64,000 nt of DNA from an uncultured Candidatus Saccharibacteria bacterium (GCA_964655705.1 CAZZPP010000005.1:10035-74034); one strand, 5' to 3'; numbered from the stretch's first letter, positions 30,478 through 39,907 are shown. Notes: a model not told the origin generated them from the letters alone. Made by a program: numbers and translations.

Positions 30478-31612
30478 ATTCGTCTACAATGTTGTACTTA
30501 ATTTTTAGTCTAAGAATTCTTAACACTTTTCTTTCTACAAAACCATCCTCTAGTTGATTACTTTTGACTGCATCCAATATACAATTGTACACCTCTGTTT
30601 GCAGATTCGGTTTGGGTGAGTAAAAAGTGTAAAGGAGCATATCGTTGCCAGCCTTGAGGCTTTGTAATGCCAAAATACATACTGTTCCCTGCTTTTCAAT
30701 TGCTCCCATTTGCATATCATCGGTAATAACTACTCCTTCGTATCCCATATCTTCTCTTAATTTACCATTTAAAAGCACTTCAGATATCGTTGAAGGTTTA
30801 CTATCAATATTTGGGAAAAGAAGATGTCCTACCATTATTACATCTACAACATCTTTTTCGATTAAGTATTTAAATACTGAAACATATTCATCCCATTGAT
30901 AAGGAGAGATATTTACTCTAGGGAGGTTGTAATGGGAATCTACAGACGAATTACTATGTCCTGGATAGTGCTTTGCGACAGGGATAATTCCTGAATCAGA
31001 ATATCCCTTCATAGCGTAATATGATTTTCTTGCTACTTCCTCTTTTGTTCCAGTAAAGACTCTTGGGTAAAGAAAAGAATTGTTATTAGTAATATATTCA
31101 ACAACAGGAGAAAAGTTAACATTAATACCATATTCTTTTAAAAGTAGTGACCTTTGTACAGATATATCGTAAATATTTTTCTCCCCTCCCATTGACTTAG
31201 GTGAAGTAGTTAAAATGTTTTCCCATCGAATTCTAGATACACTACCTCCCTCTTGATCAATGGAAATGAGTAAGGGTATTTTAGAAACACTCTGTAAATC
31301 TGAATTTAGTGATGTAAGTTGAGATGGATTAGAAATATTCTTACCCATTAGAATAACCCCTCCGATATGCTGGTATTCAATCAGATCTTGAGTATCTTTA
31401 CTCAATGTTGTTCCATTAAATCCAAAGATGAATAGTTGACCTACTTTCTCTTCAATACTCATTTTAGAGAGGATTTTCTCTTCAAGAGGTTGTTTAATAA
31501 TTGTAATATGGTCTTGTATATCGTAAGTAATACTATACTTACGAATTGGAAAATATCTAACTATGATAGTTAGAAATACGAGAGTAAGCAGTATTTTAAA
31601 AAATATTTTCAT
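30455..31612 (-). CDS. nagZ: GH3 beta-N-acetylhexosaminidase, membrane anchored
   Basis: SIDQEGGSVSR, KHYPGH...DSH and VITDDMQMGA motifs. Confidence 0.88.
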   Translation of the reverse strand: MKIFFKILLTLVFLTIIVRYFPIRKYSITYDIQDHITIIKQPLEEKILSKMSIEEKVGQLFIFGFNGTTLSKDTQDLIEYQHIGGVILMGKNISNPSQLTSLNSDLQSVSKIPLLISIDQEGGSVSRIRWENILTTSPKSMGGEKNIYDISVQRSLLLKEYGINVNFSPVVEYITNNNSFLYPRVFTGTKEEVARKSYYAMKGYSDSGIIPVAKHYPGHSNSSVDSHYNLPRVNISPYQWDEYVSVFKYLIEKDVVDVIMVGHLLFPNIDSKPSTISEVLLNGKLREDMGYEGVVITDDMQMGAIEKQGTVCILALQSLKAGNDMLLYTFYSPKPNLQTEVYNCILDAVKSNQLEDGFVERKVLRILRLKIKYNIVDESILHSLE

Positions 31613-31634
31613 ATCTCTCTTTATATACTACCAT

Positions 31635-32261
31635 TTACTTTTTCTTTTTTAAAAAATAGTAACTTAAAATTGCAAAAGGAATCATACTACTAAATATCTT
31701 TGCAATTGTTAGAATTGGAGATTCTCCATCTCTCATTACAAAAAACATAATTAGAGACCATGGAATCATACTTATGATTGAAGCAATGTAGTATTTATCA
31801 AAGGAGATATTTGTTAAACCAAAAGCATAGGATGCGAAATCATTGATGTAAAAGGTTGAGAATCTCAGAACCAAAAATCTCTTGTTATTAATTCTTTTAG
31901 AAATATCTTCAATTTTCTGAATTCCTTGATCACCAATAAACTTTTTAAGGACTCTTTTGCCGTACATTCTAGCTAAAAGAAAGTTAGTCGCAGATGTAAT
32001 TAACCATGTAAGAATTGAATATATAATGGCGTATTTACCAAAGAGAATAAAGCCTGCAACAAAAAGAGCAGAGGTACTCAATGGTGCAAATACTTGACCC
32101 AATATCTGTATTAGAACATACAGGAGAGGTGCCCACATACCAGTAGAGGAGATAAAGGAAGAGATTTCATTTGAAGAGAATTTAGTTGAGAAGTAAATAA
32201 CAAGAACAAAGAGAAAAACAGAGAGGAAGGGATAAAAGAATTTCTTAAAAGAGAATATCAT
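31635..32261 (-). CDS. VTT/TVP38 (DedA superfamily) membrane protein
   Basis: APLS...AGFILFG, FLLARMYG and DFASYAFGLT motifs. Confidence 0.8.
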   Translation of the reverse strand: MIFSFKKFFYPFLSVFLFVLVIYFSTKFSSNEISSFISSTGMWAPLLYVLIQILGQVFAPLSTSALFVAGFILFGKYAIIYSILTWLITSATNFLLARMYGKRVLKKFIGDQGIQKIEDISKRINNKRFLVLRFSTFYINDFASYAFGLTNISFDKYYIASIISMIPWSLIMFFVMRDGESPILTIAKIFSSMIPFAILSYYFLKKKK

Positions 32262-32295
32262 AGGATATTATACAGTAAAACAGTGAGGTTGAAAG

Positions 32296-32331
32296 AAAAA
32301 AAAAGGATGGAGTACCAATATACAACCATCC
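32296..32331 (-). terminator. Intrinsic terminator of the candidate ncRNA
   Basis: Minus strand GGATGG-TTGTATATTGGTACT-CCATCC followed by T9. Confidence 0.75.
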
Positions 32332-32541
32332 AAACACCAGGAAAGTATGCATTACGACATACTGGGTTTGGCCATAGAACGCAAGCCAAGAAATAATAAA
32401 ACTTCAAGACTTGTTAATGTTCTAAGGTGTTAATGTTCGAATCATCAACATATCCTTTAAATCCGTAGAAACATCTGAATTAGAAAAATTGGTTCTAAAA
32501 CAGAGTTCGGTACCAACCTAGTAGGATTTAAAAGTCCTAGT
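32297..32541 (-). ncRNA. Candidate unannotated structured ncRNA (about 245 nt)
   Basis: Own sigma70 promoter; 5'/3' closing helix, four internal helices and a possible pseudoknot; terminator hairpin plus U9; no ORF in the six-frame track. Confidence 0.6.
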
Positions 32542-32547
32542 ATTTCA

Positions 32548-32576
32548 ATACTAATTAAGTAAATGAGTTTTGTCAA
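32548..32576 (-). promoter_or_regulatory. sigma70-type promoter
   Basis: TTGACA (32576-32571), 17 bp, TAGTAT (32553-32548). Confidence 0.7.
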
Positions 32577-32671
32577 CACTATAATGCGTGATTTTTTATA
32601 TAGGTCTGACAGTAAAACTCAAGGGGGTTGTGTTAGCAACATATCATAATAAACAAATGAATACTATAGTC

Positions 32672-33685
32672 CTAGTCTAAAAGGCTTCCAATTGAGTGTC
32701 TACTGTTCAATCTGTAGATTATTTCTGCAAAGTATTTAGATACTGATATGACCTTTATCCATTTGTTTTTTTGTAATACGTCCTTTGGAATATATGTTGC
32801 ATCTGTGCATATGAGTTTAGAGAATATCCCCTTTGATTGTAACTCTGAGAGCTTTTCAATAGCATGTCCATTAATGAGGGCAAAGGTAGCTACTCCAATG
32901 ATTTCTTTTGCACCATACTCTTTTGCAATTTCAACAGCCTTACAAAATGTACCACCAGTATCAATCATATCGTCAACAATATATACAGTTCTATTCTTAA
33001 TATTACCCATTACTTTAAGATCTTCAACCGTATTACTTTTCTTGTAATTACGTACTTTATATGCAAATGCTACATCAGTTCCTAGATAAGTCGAGTAATA
33101 GTTAGCTCTTTTAGCACCACCTAAGTCTGTTGGTAGAATTGTAGTTCTATCCTTCTCCTTAAGATTTCTTTTAATATATGGGAGAAGTACCTGACTACCC
33201 TTTAGGTTGTCTACCCAAGACATTCTAAAGAAACCCTGTATAGCAGTATTGTGTAAATCAATCGTAATTATATGATCTGCACCCATTGAACCCTCTAGTT
33301 CCCATGCTACTCTAGCAGCAGAGATATCCTCTCTCCCCCACTGTTTGTCTTGTCTAGCGTATGGATATGATGGTATTACAGCAGTTACATAGTTAGCATC
33401 ACATCTTTTACATGCCCCTAGTACTGTGTAAAGTGCTCTTAGATTCTCATCTACACTCTTACCGTTAAAATGATTTTCTACATCTTGAATTACAAATACA
33501 TCCTTTCCTCTTACGCTCTCATTTAGTACAGATTTAATTTCTGTATTAGCGAATGTAATCTCTTGTGAGTCAAGTAAATGGATTTTTTTCTTACTCTTTT
33601 TGTTGATCTCTTTAAGAACCTTTTGGGCAAACTCTAAGCCAGATTCACATGATATTACAACAAGATCCCCTCTAAAATGATTCAT
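32672..33685 (-). CDS. prs: Ribose-phosphate pyrophosphokinase
   Basis: ESVRGKDV, YPYARQDK, IDLH...IQGFF, DLGGAKRA and VDDMIDTGGT motifs. Confidence 0.95.
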   Translation of the reverse strand: MNHFRGDLVVISCESGLEFAQKVLKEINKKSKKKIHLLDSQEITFANTEIKSVLNESVRGKDVFVIQDVENHFNGKSVDENLRALYTVLGACKRCDANYVTAVIPSYPYARQDKQWGREDISAARVAWELEGSMGADHIITIDLHNTAIQGFFRMSWVDNLKGSQVLLPYIKRNLKEKDRTTILPTDLGGAKRANYYSTYLGTDVAFAYKVRNYKKSNTVEDLKVMGNIKNRTVYIVDDMIDTGGTFCKAVEIAKEYGAKEIIGVATFALINGHAIEKLSELQSKGIFSKLICTDATYIPKDVLQKNKWIKVISVSKYFAEIIYRLNSRHSIGSLLD

Positions 33686-33810
33686 ACTACACTCTTTATG
33701 AAATTACAAATCCAATATATCTCTTTTAATATTTAATTTCAAGTTAAAGAATGTTGAAATTGTTGTAATTATGGATATAATTGTAAAGATATATTTATTT
33801 ATCCTAAGGT

Positions 33811-35016
33811 ATGGAATTTAAAAATCAACAATTTGTACCCCTACTCTTTGCAGGTGATATTAATTCATACAGCATGGCTAGAGCTTTCTACGAAGAGTAT
33901 AAAGTTAGATCAATAGTATATGGCAAGATATATACTGGTCCAAATTGTAATAGTAAGATATCTGATTTCAGGACAGTAGCAGATATTGAGAGAGAGGATG
34001 TATTTCTTAAAACAGTAAACAAAGTGGCTAAAGAGAATTCAAACAAAAAGGTTATTCTCATTCCTTGTGGTGATAGCTATGCTTCATTGGCTTGTAAATT
34101 GAAAGAAAACTTTGAGAAAAATGTTGTTACTGTTGAAAATGATTATAAACAAATTCAAGAACTAACCATTAAGGATAAATTCTATAACATGTGTGATAAA
34201 TACGGTCTTGATTATCCAAAAACATTCATATATTCAAAGCAAATGGGAGATATGGTTGATCATGGTTTCTCATATCCAGTAATTCTTAAGCCTTCAGATG
34301 GTGTTAAGTATTGGGAACATCCTTTTGATACACAGAAAAAGATTTACAAGATCCATGACGAAAAAGAATTAAAGAAAGTAATTGCCGAAATCTATGATGC
34401 TGGATATCCAGAGAAGTTAATTATTCAAGATATGATTCCTGGTGATGATACATACATGTATGTTTTAACAGGTTACTCAGATAGAAAAGGTAAGGTTAAA
34501 TTACTAGCCTTGGGTAATGTATTGCGAGAAGAGCATACACCTCATGGTTTAGGTAATCACTCAGTGATTATCAATGAAGTTAATGAGGAGATATCTAACA
34601 AAGTTAAGAAGTTTTTAGAAGATATTAATTATGTAGGATTTTTCAATTTCGATATTAAATATGATAGTAGAGATGGAGGATATAAGTTCTTTGAGATAAA
34701 CACTAGACAGGGAAGAAGCAATTACTATGTTACTGGGGCGGGATATAATTTGGCAAAATATGTTGTTGAGGAGTATGTTTATGGTAAAGAGTTACAGTTT
34801 ACATTAGCAACAAATAAAAAACTTTGGTTAGTAATTCCAATAGTCTTAGCCTTAATTTTTATTAGGTCTAATAAATATAGGAAAGAAATGATATCATTGA
34901 TTTTTAAGGGACAAATTGTTAACCCTGTATTTAATATTAAAGATATGGGCTTTATAAGATTCTTGAGATTTTTCAAGAACCATATAAGTCATTTTAAAAA
35001 GATGAGGTTAGAGTAA
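33811..35016 (+). CDS. ATP-grasp carboxylate-amine ligase, D-aspartate ligase (Aslfm/YxbA-like)
   Basis: YSMARAFYEEY, PVILKP, IIQDMIPGDD and FFEINTRQGRSNYY motifs; coupled to an Asp racemase. Confidence 0.82.
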   Translation: MEFKNQQFVPLLFAGDINSYSMARAFYEEYKVRSIVYGKIYTGPNCNSKISDFRTVADIEREDVFLKTVNKVAKENSNKKVILIPCGDSYASLACKLKENFEKNVVTVENDYKQIQELTIKDKFYNMCDKYGLDYPKTFIYSKQMGDMVDHGFSYPVILKPSDGVKYWEHPFDTQKKIYKIHDEKELKKVIAEIYDAGYPEKLIIQDMIPGDDTYMYVLTGYSDRKGKVKLLALGNVLREEHTPHGLGNHSVIINEVNEEISNKVKKFLEDINYVGFFNFDIKYDSRDGGYKFFEINTRQGRSNYYVTGAGYNLAKYVVEEYVYGKELQFTLATNKKLWLVIPIVLALIFIRSNKYRKEMISLIFKGQIVNPVFNIKDMGFIRFLRFFKNHISHFKKMRLE

Positions 35017-35741
35017 TGAATAAAAAGAAATTAGGAGTAATTGGAGGTCTAGGACCAAAAGCTACGGCATATTTTTATAATCTAATTATTGATCATACTC
35101 AAGCAGATACTGATCAGGAGCATATAGATGCAATATACCTTAATCATGCCTCTATGCCTGATAGAACAAGATCAATACTTTTTAACAAGACTGATGAGTT
35201 AAAAGATCTCTTGATCAAAGATGCTAAGTTACTTGAGAGTTTAGGAGTATCCCATATTGCAATACCTTGTAACACTTCTCACTACTTCTATGATGAAATC
35301 CAAGATAGTGTAAATATTCCAGTTATAAATATGATAGATGAGGCTATAAAATATACGAAAGAAAAAGTTCATGATGTAACTAAGATTGGAGTCTTAGCAA
35401 CCAATGGCACCAGAGAGATGAAGTTATTTGATAAATATGCAGATAAAAACTGTGTTGAAATTGCATATCCTTCCCAGAAGGGACAAGATCGAGTCATGTC
35501 TGCTATTTATGATGGAGTAAAAGCTGGTAAAGAGATTTCCCCATCATATTTAGAAGAGGTAATCACAGAGATGAAAGGGAAAGATTGCCAAGCAGTTATA
35601 TTAGCATGTACTGAGCTTTCAGTTATATATAAGAATGAGAAGAATTCATTCATTGTAGACCCATTACTACCTTTAGCCTACAAATCTATAGAAATAGCAG
35701 GTAAAAAAGTAAAAGTAAAAAATAATTTGACAAAAGTATAA
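35016..35741 (+). CDS. Aspartate racemase
   Basis: LGVIGGLGPKAT, DQEH, PDRT, IPCNTSH and LACTELS two-Cys motifs; TAATG overlap with the ligase. Confidence 0.88.
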   Translation: MNKKKLGVIGGLGPKATAYFYNLIIDHTQADTDQEHIDAIYLNHASMPDRTRSILFNKTDELKDLLIKDAKLLESLGVSHIAIPCNTSHYFYDEIQDSVNIPVINMIDEAIKYTKEKVHDVTKIGVLATNGTREMKLFDKYADKNCVEIAYPSQKGQDRVMSAIYDGVKAGKEISPSYLEEVITEMKGKDCQAVILACTELSVIYKNEKNSFIVDPLLPLAYKSIEIAGKKVKVKNNLTKV

Positions 35742-35755
35742 GACTTCTGTACTAT
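35727..35755 (+). promoter_or_regulatory. sigma70-type promoter of the ABC-upp-tudS operon
   Basis: TTGACA (35727-35732), 17 bp, TACTAT (35750-35755). Confidence 0.7.
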
Positions 35756-35829
35756 GTAGTTTTAGTGGAAAAACCTACGATACTATTTAAGCCAAGAAGA
35801 AGATTCCTAAGTAATATCAATTTATATTT

Positions 35830-35853
35830 AAAGACCTTTGGGTCTTTTTTTTT
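35830..35853 (+). terminator. Intrinsic terminator inside the 5' leader (attenuator candidate)
   Basis: AAAGACC-TTTG-GGTCTTT plus T run, ending 5 nt before the ATG at 35859. Confidence 0.75.
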
Positions 35854-35858
35854 GATAT

Positions 35859-36647
35859 ATGAATATTAAAGTAAGAAGAATAATATTAACAATACTAATA
35901 ACGATCTCAATTATCTTCATATGGGAGTATCTAATTAATTACTTTAATATACCAAAAAGAGTTATTCCAAAGCCCTCTGACCTACTCTATTTCATTCAGA
36001 AAGAATTTTTAACTACACATTCAAGTAGGTATCAAAGCGTATTTACCAAAACTCTTTTCAGCCTTAGAGATGCTTTTGTAGGGTTTGTATTAGCTTTTTT
36101 AGTGAGTTTAGGATTAGGAGTTGTACTTGCACATAGTAAAAAAGTATATGCTATTCTTTTTCCTTTAATATTTTTAACCCAACTTGTACCAGTCCCTGCT
36201 CTTGCTCCAGTCATAGCTACAATATTAGGATATGGATATACAACAAAAATATTTATCATTACTCTGTTTCTAATTTTCCCAATTTCAATTAGTGTTAGAA
36301 ACTGTATTCTAAATATTCCGATTAGCTATTTAGACCTTTTTAAGACATATTCTAAGAATAGGATATACAAGTATAGGTATTTAATTATTCCCTCCCTTGT
36401 TCCAACACTACTTTCTCAAATGAAAGTAATATCTACAGCAAGTATTGTTGCAACAATAATAACGGAGTTACCACTATCTGTAAGAGGTGGAATTGGAAAG
36501 GATATATATAACTCATTTAATAACCAGATGATTCCTAGGGTATGGGTAAGTGTAATGCTTATATCCCTTCTATCTTTTCTCATTTTTAGAATATTCTCAA
36601 TGTTAGAAATATATATACATAGAAAGTATAAATATGGGCAGTATTAA
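35859..36647 (+). CDS. NitT/TauT-family ABC transporter permease
   Basis: IPKPS and QLVPVPALAP motifs, EAA-like loop, GIG. Confidence 0.85.
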   Translation: MNIKVRRIILTILITISIIFIWEYLINYFNIPKRVIPKPSDLLYFIQKEFLTTHSSRYQSVFTKTLFSLRDAFVGFVLAFLVSLGLGVVLAHSKKVYAILFPLIFLTQLVPVPALAPVIATILGYGYTTKIFIITLFLIFPISISVRNCILNIPISYLDLFKTYSKNRIYKYRYLIIPSLVPTLLSQMKVISTASIVATIITELPLSVRGGIGKDIYNSFNNQMIPRVWVSVMLISLLSFLIFRIFSMLEIYIHRKYKYGQY

Positions 36648-37419
36648 AACAATAGAAGTTAAAAATTTAAGTGCAATATATGATGGAGATGAAAAGCATC
36701 TTGAGGTTTTAAAGAATATTTCCTTCTCAATATCTAAAGGTTCTTTTGTATCAATTATTGGTCCTTCTGGATGTGGTAAATCAACACTATTCCGATTACT
36801 TTGTGGTTTGCCTACAAAAGATAACTGTAAGATAACTGGACAGATTAGAATAAATGGCAAGAAACCAGAGACCGCAAGGAATTTAAGGAAGATAGGATTA
36901 ATATTACAAAAACCTACCCTTTTAGAATGGAGAACAGTTCAATCAAATATAGAACTACCTCTTGAAATAATGGGATACAGTAAAAAAAGTATATCCAAAA
37001 AAACAGATGAGCTTTTAGAGATTCTTGATTTAGATGATTTCAGAGATTACAGGCCAAGTGAACTCTCTGGAGGTATGCAACAGAAGGTATCTATTGGCAG
37101 AGCCCTAGCCTATGATCCTGAGCTTCTTTTAATGGATGAACCATTTGTAGCTTTAGATGAGATAAATAGAAGAAAGATGAATAATGAGATTATTAATATA
37201 TGGAAAAAAACTAAAAAAACAATTCTTTTTATTACACACAGTATCGAGGAAAGTGTATATCTTTCTCAAAGTGTAATTGTACTTAGTAAGAAACCATCTA
37301 CGATATATAACAGAGTGAAGATTGATTTAGATTATCCAAGAAGTAAAGAGGAGAATACCTCTGCTTACTTTAAATATATTAAAGAGATTAGAAAGGAGTT
37401 AAATGAAGCAAGCTGTTAA
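36634..37419 (+). CDS. NitT/TauT-family ABC transporter ATPase
   Basis: GPSGCGKST, LLEWRTV, LSGGMQQ, LLMDEPF and FITHSIEE motifs. Confidence 0.92.
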   Translation: MGSIKTIEVKNLSAIYDGDEKHLEVLKNISFSISKGSFVSIIGPSGCGKSTLFRLLCGLPTKDNCKITGQIRINGKKPETARNLRKIGLILQKPTLLEWRTVQSNIELPLEIMGYSKKSISKKTDELLEILDLDDFRDYRPSELSGGMQQKVSIGRALAYDPELLLMDEPFVALDEINRRKMNNEIINIWKKTKKTILFITHSIEESVYLSQSVIVLSKKPSTIYNRVKIDLDYPRSKEENTSAYFKYIKEIRKELNEASC

Positions 37420-38164
37420 GAAAAATCAACACATTCTGTTATCAATTCTTAGCTTGTTTATCTTTTTCTTTCTCTGGGAATTAATAGTGGATGTTTTTGA
37501 TATTTCAAAAACAGTTTTGATTAAACCTACAGTGATATTTACTTCAATTCTAAGTAACTATGACATTATTCTACCAGAGTTACTATACTCGATTTGGGAG
37601 ATACTTCCCGGATGGATAATTGGAAATACCGTAGGTTTTCTAGTTGCAATATTTATATATCGCAAAGAAAAAATTTCAAATTTTCTTACCTCTTGGTCAG
37701 TGGTTATTAACGCAGTCCCATTAATTGCATTAAGTGCAATACTAGGTGGGATTATGGGTACAGATAGGGATCAAAAGATTTTATTAATCTCTTTAATACT
37801 TTTCTTTCCAATGTTTATAACAACGCTTTCTCAACTTAAGGTAATTGATCAAAATCTTAAGGATTTACTAATATCCTACTCTGCTACTCCAAAACAGATT
37901 CTTTTTAAACTCCTAATTCCAAAATCCCTACCCTTTATTCTAAATGTTCTTAAGGTTAATGCTATTACCGCGATATTTACAGGTATAACGGCAGAGTTTT
38001 TTGGAGGGTATGGTGGTATTGGTATTTTCATTCTTTCAAAAAAGGGATTATTCAATTTAGAGTTAGTTTGGGCATCAATATTTTGTATTGCCATCTTTGG
38101 AAGTATTTTCTATTTTTCTCTGGATATAATCCAGAAGAAAGTACTTCCTTGGTATAGGAGTTAA
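37403..38164 (+). CDS. NitT/TauT-family ABC transporter permease
   Basis: NAVPLIAL, FFPMF, IPKSLP and AEFFGG..GIG motifs. Confidence 0.85.
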   Translation: MKQAVKKNQHILLSILSLFIFFFLWELIVDVFDISKTVLIKPTVIFTSILSNYDIILPELLYSIWEILPGWIIGNTVGFLVAIFIYRKEKISNFLTSWSVVINAVPLIALSAILGGIMGTDRDQKILLISLILFFPMFITTLSQLKVIDQNLKDLLISYSATPKQILFKLLIPKSLPFILNVLKVNAITAIFTGITAEFFGGYGGIGIFILSKKGLFNLELVWASIFCIAIFGSIFYFSLDIIQKKVLPWYRS

Positions 38165-38196
38165 GTTAAATTATTTAAATTTTTATATTTTTACAT

Positions 38197-39246
38197 ATGG
38201 AAGAGAAAGAAAAGAAATCTTCCCTTATTCCTACAGTGGTAATACTACTGTTACTAGCTGTGGGAGGATATTTAATTTACAACAACGTATTAAAAGAGGA
38301 AGACTCTGAAGATGAGAGTAAGGATACTCTTACACTACAGCTTAAATGGGTAGAACAGGCTCAGTTTATGGGCTTTATAGTTGCAGAGGAGTTAGGATAC
38401 TATGATGACGAGAATATTGACTTAGAGATTCTACCTGGAGGTGTAGGAATTAATCCTGTAGATGTATTAATACAGGGAGATGCAGATATTGCTGTTGCTT
38501 GGACAGGAAATGTACTTCCTGCAATCTCTCAAGGAGAAGAGTTAGTAAATATTGGACAGGGAATGCAAAGGTCAGGAATGAGATTGATGGCACTTAAAGA
38601 GAGTGGTATTGGGTCTCCAAAAGATATTGAAGGTAAAAAGATTGGTACATGGCCAGGTGGTAATGAATTAGAGCCTTATGCATTTATTGAAATGCAGGGA
38701 TTGGACAAAGACAAAGATGTACAGTTAGTAAATCAGGGATTTGATATGAATCAACTGCTTAACAAAGAGATAGATTTAGCATCTGCAATGATATATAACG
38801 AGTATTGGTTACCAATAGAGGTAGGATATAGTGAAGATGATTTTGTTGTGTTTGATATGGAGGAGCAAGGCGCTGGAATGCTTCAAGATGCCCTGTTTGT
38901 TCAGAGAGAGTTTCTTGATAACAATGAGGATCTATTAGTTAGATTTATGAGAGCAACCATTAAAGGTTGGGAGTATGCCATTAATGACCCAGAGGGTGCT
39001 GTAGATATCTTAGGTTTAGATTTCACTGAAAATGATGTAACTGCTAAAGATCATCAAATCCTTATGGCAAAAGAAACTGCTAAGTTATATCAAGCAGACG
39101 ATGGAGCGCAAAAGGGTCTTTTCTACATCAATCTAACCAAATTACAACAGACAGTAGACATTGCTACTAAGTATATTGAAGAGGTTAAAGATATAGAGGT
39201 TGATAGTATATATACCTTAGATATTTGGACAGAAGCAACTAAATAA
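38197..39246 (+). CDS. NMT1/THI5-like ABC substrate-binding protein
   Basis: LQLKWVEQAQFMG, ILPGG, AMIYNE and FMRATIKGWEYA motifs; N-terminal TM anchor. Confidence 0.88.
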   Translation: MEEKEKKSSLIPTVVILLLLAVGGYLIYNNVLKEEDSEDESKDTLTLQLKWVEQAQFMGFIVAEELGYYDDENIDLEILPGGVGINPVDVLIQGDADIAVAWTGNVLPAISQGEELVNIGQGMQRSGMRLMALKESGIGSPKDIEGKKIGTWPGGNELEPYAFIEMQGLDKDKDVQLVNQGFDMNQLLNKEIDLASAMIYNEYWLPIEVGYSEDDFVVFDMEEQGAGMLQDALFVQREFLDNNEDLLVRFMRATIKGWEYAINDPEGAVDILGLDFTENDVTAKDHQILMAKETAKLYQADDGAQKGLFYINLTKLQQTVDIATKYIEEVKDIEVDSIYTLDIWTEATK

Positions 39247-39259
39247 TGAGAGCAAAAAT

Positions 39260-39901
39260 ATGAAGAATTTAACAATTATTGAAAATCCTGTTATTCAAGA
39301 AATTGGACTAAAATTGCATGATATAGAAACAAAACCCTTTGAGTATAGAGAGAATTGTCGGAGACTTGGAATGTATATGGGTTCAGAAATATCTAATTAC
39401 AATATACTTCCTGTTAAAGATAGTAAGATAGCTACCCCACTGGGGGAGCTATCTGCTCAAGTAGTAGATGACAGTAATATAGGTATTGTTAATGTATTAA
39501 GGGCTGGTACTAGTTTTGCACTAGGTTTGGGTGAGGTATTTCCTAATAGTACAATTTCTTTTATTAGTGCATGGAGAGAGGGCAAAAAAGGTAATATGTC
39601 TGCTAAAACAGAATATATGAGAGGAGTAGAATCTTTGGAAGACAAATTCGTTATTATTTCGGACTTAGCTCTTGCAAGTGGGGTCTCAATACTTGCATGC
39701 TTAGATGTTTTGAAAGAGTACATTGATCTTGAGCGGAGTATAATATGCTCTCTTCACTGTGCTAGAGAGGGAGTAGAAAGTATTCAAGAGAGTTATCCAT
39801 CTATAAAGATATACTCTGTGTTTGGTCCTAGTGAAATGAATGATCACTGCTATATATTAAACGGTCCAGGTGATTGTGGTGATAGATGTTTTAATACATA
39901 A
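39260..39901 (+). CDS. upp: Uracil phosphoribosyltransferase (divergent)
   Basis: TPLG, VLRAG, PRPP loop SDLALASG and C-terminal YILNGPGDCGDR motifs. Confidence 0.8.
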   Translation: MKNLTIIENPVIQEIGLKLHDIETKPFEYRENCRRLGMYMGSEISNYNILPVKDSKIATPLGELSAQVVDDSNIGIVNVLRAGTSFALGLGEVFPNSTISFISAWREGKKGNMSAKTEYMRGVESLEDKFVIISDLALASGVSILACLDVLKEYIDLERSIICSLHCAREGVESIQESYPSIKIYSVFGPSEMNDHCYILNGPGDCGDRCFNT

Positions 39902-39907
39902 AAATAT

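Noticed and set aside
32336-32350. AGGAAAGT resembling RNase P CR-I on the + strand
   Set aside because: Lacks GAGGAAAGUCC and the CR-V partner; the promoter and terminator point the other way
32491-32501. GTTTTAGAACC resembling a type II CRISPR repeat start
   Set aside because: Single occurrence, no repeat-spacer array and no cas genes
32505-32522. T-box-like AGGTTGGTACCG on the minus strand
   Set aside because: It lies about 20 nt from the predicted 5' end with no upstream Stem I or specifier and no adjacent terminator, and the downstream gene is not amino-acid related
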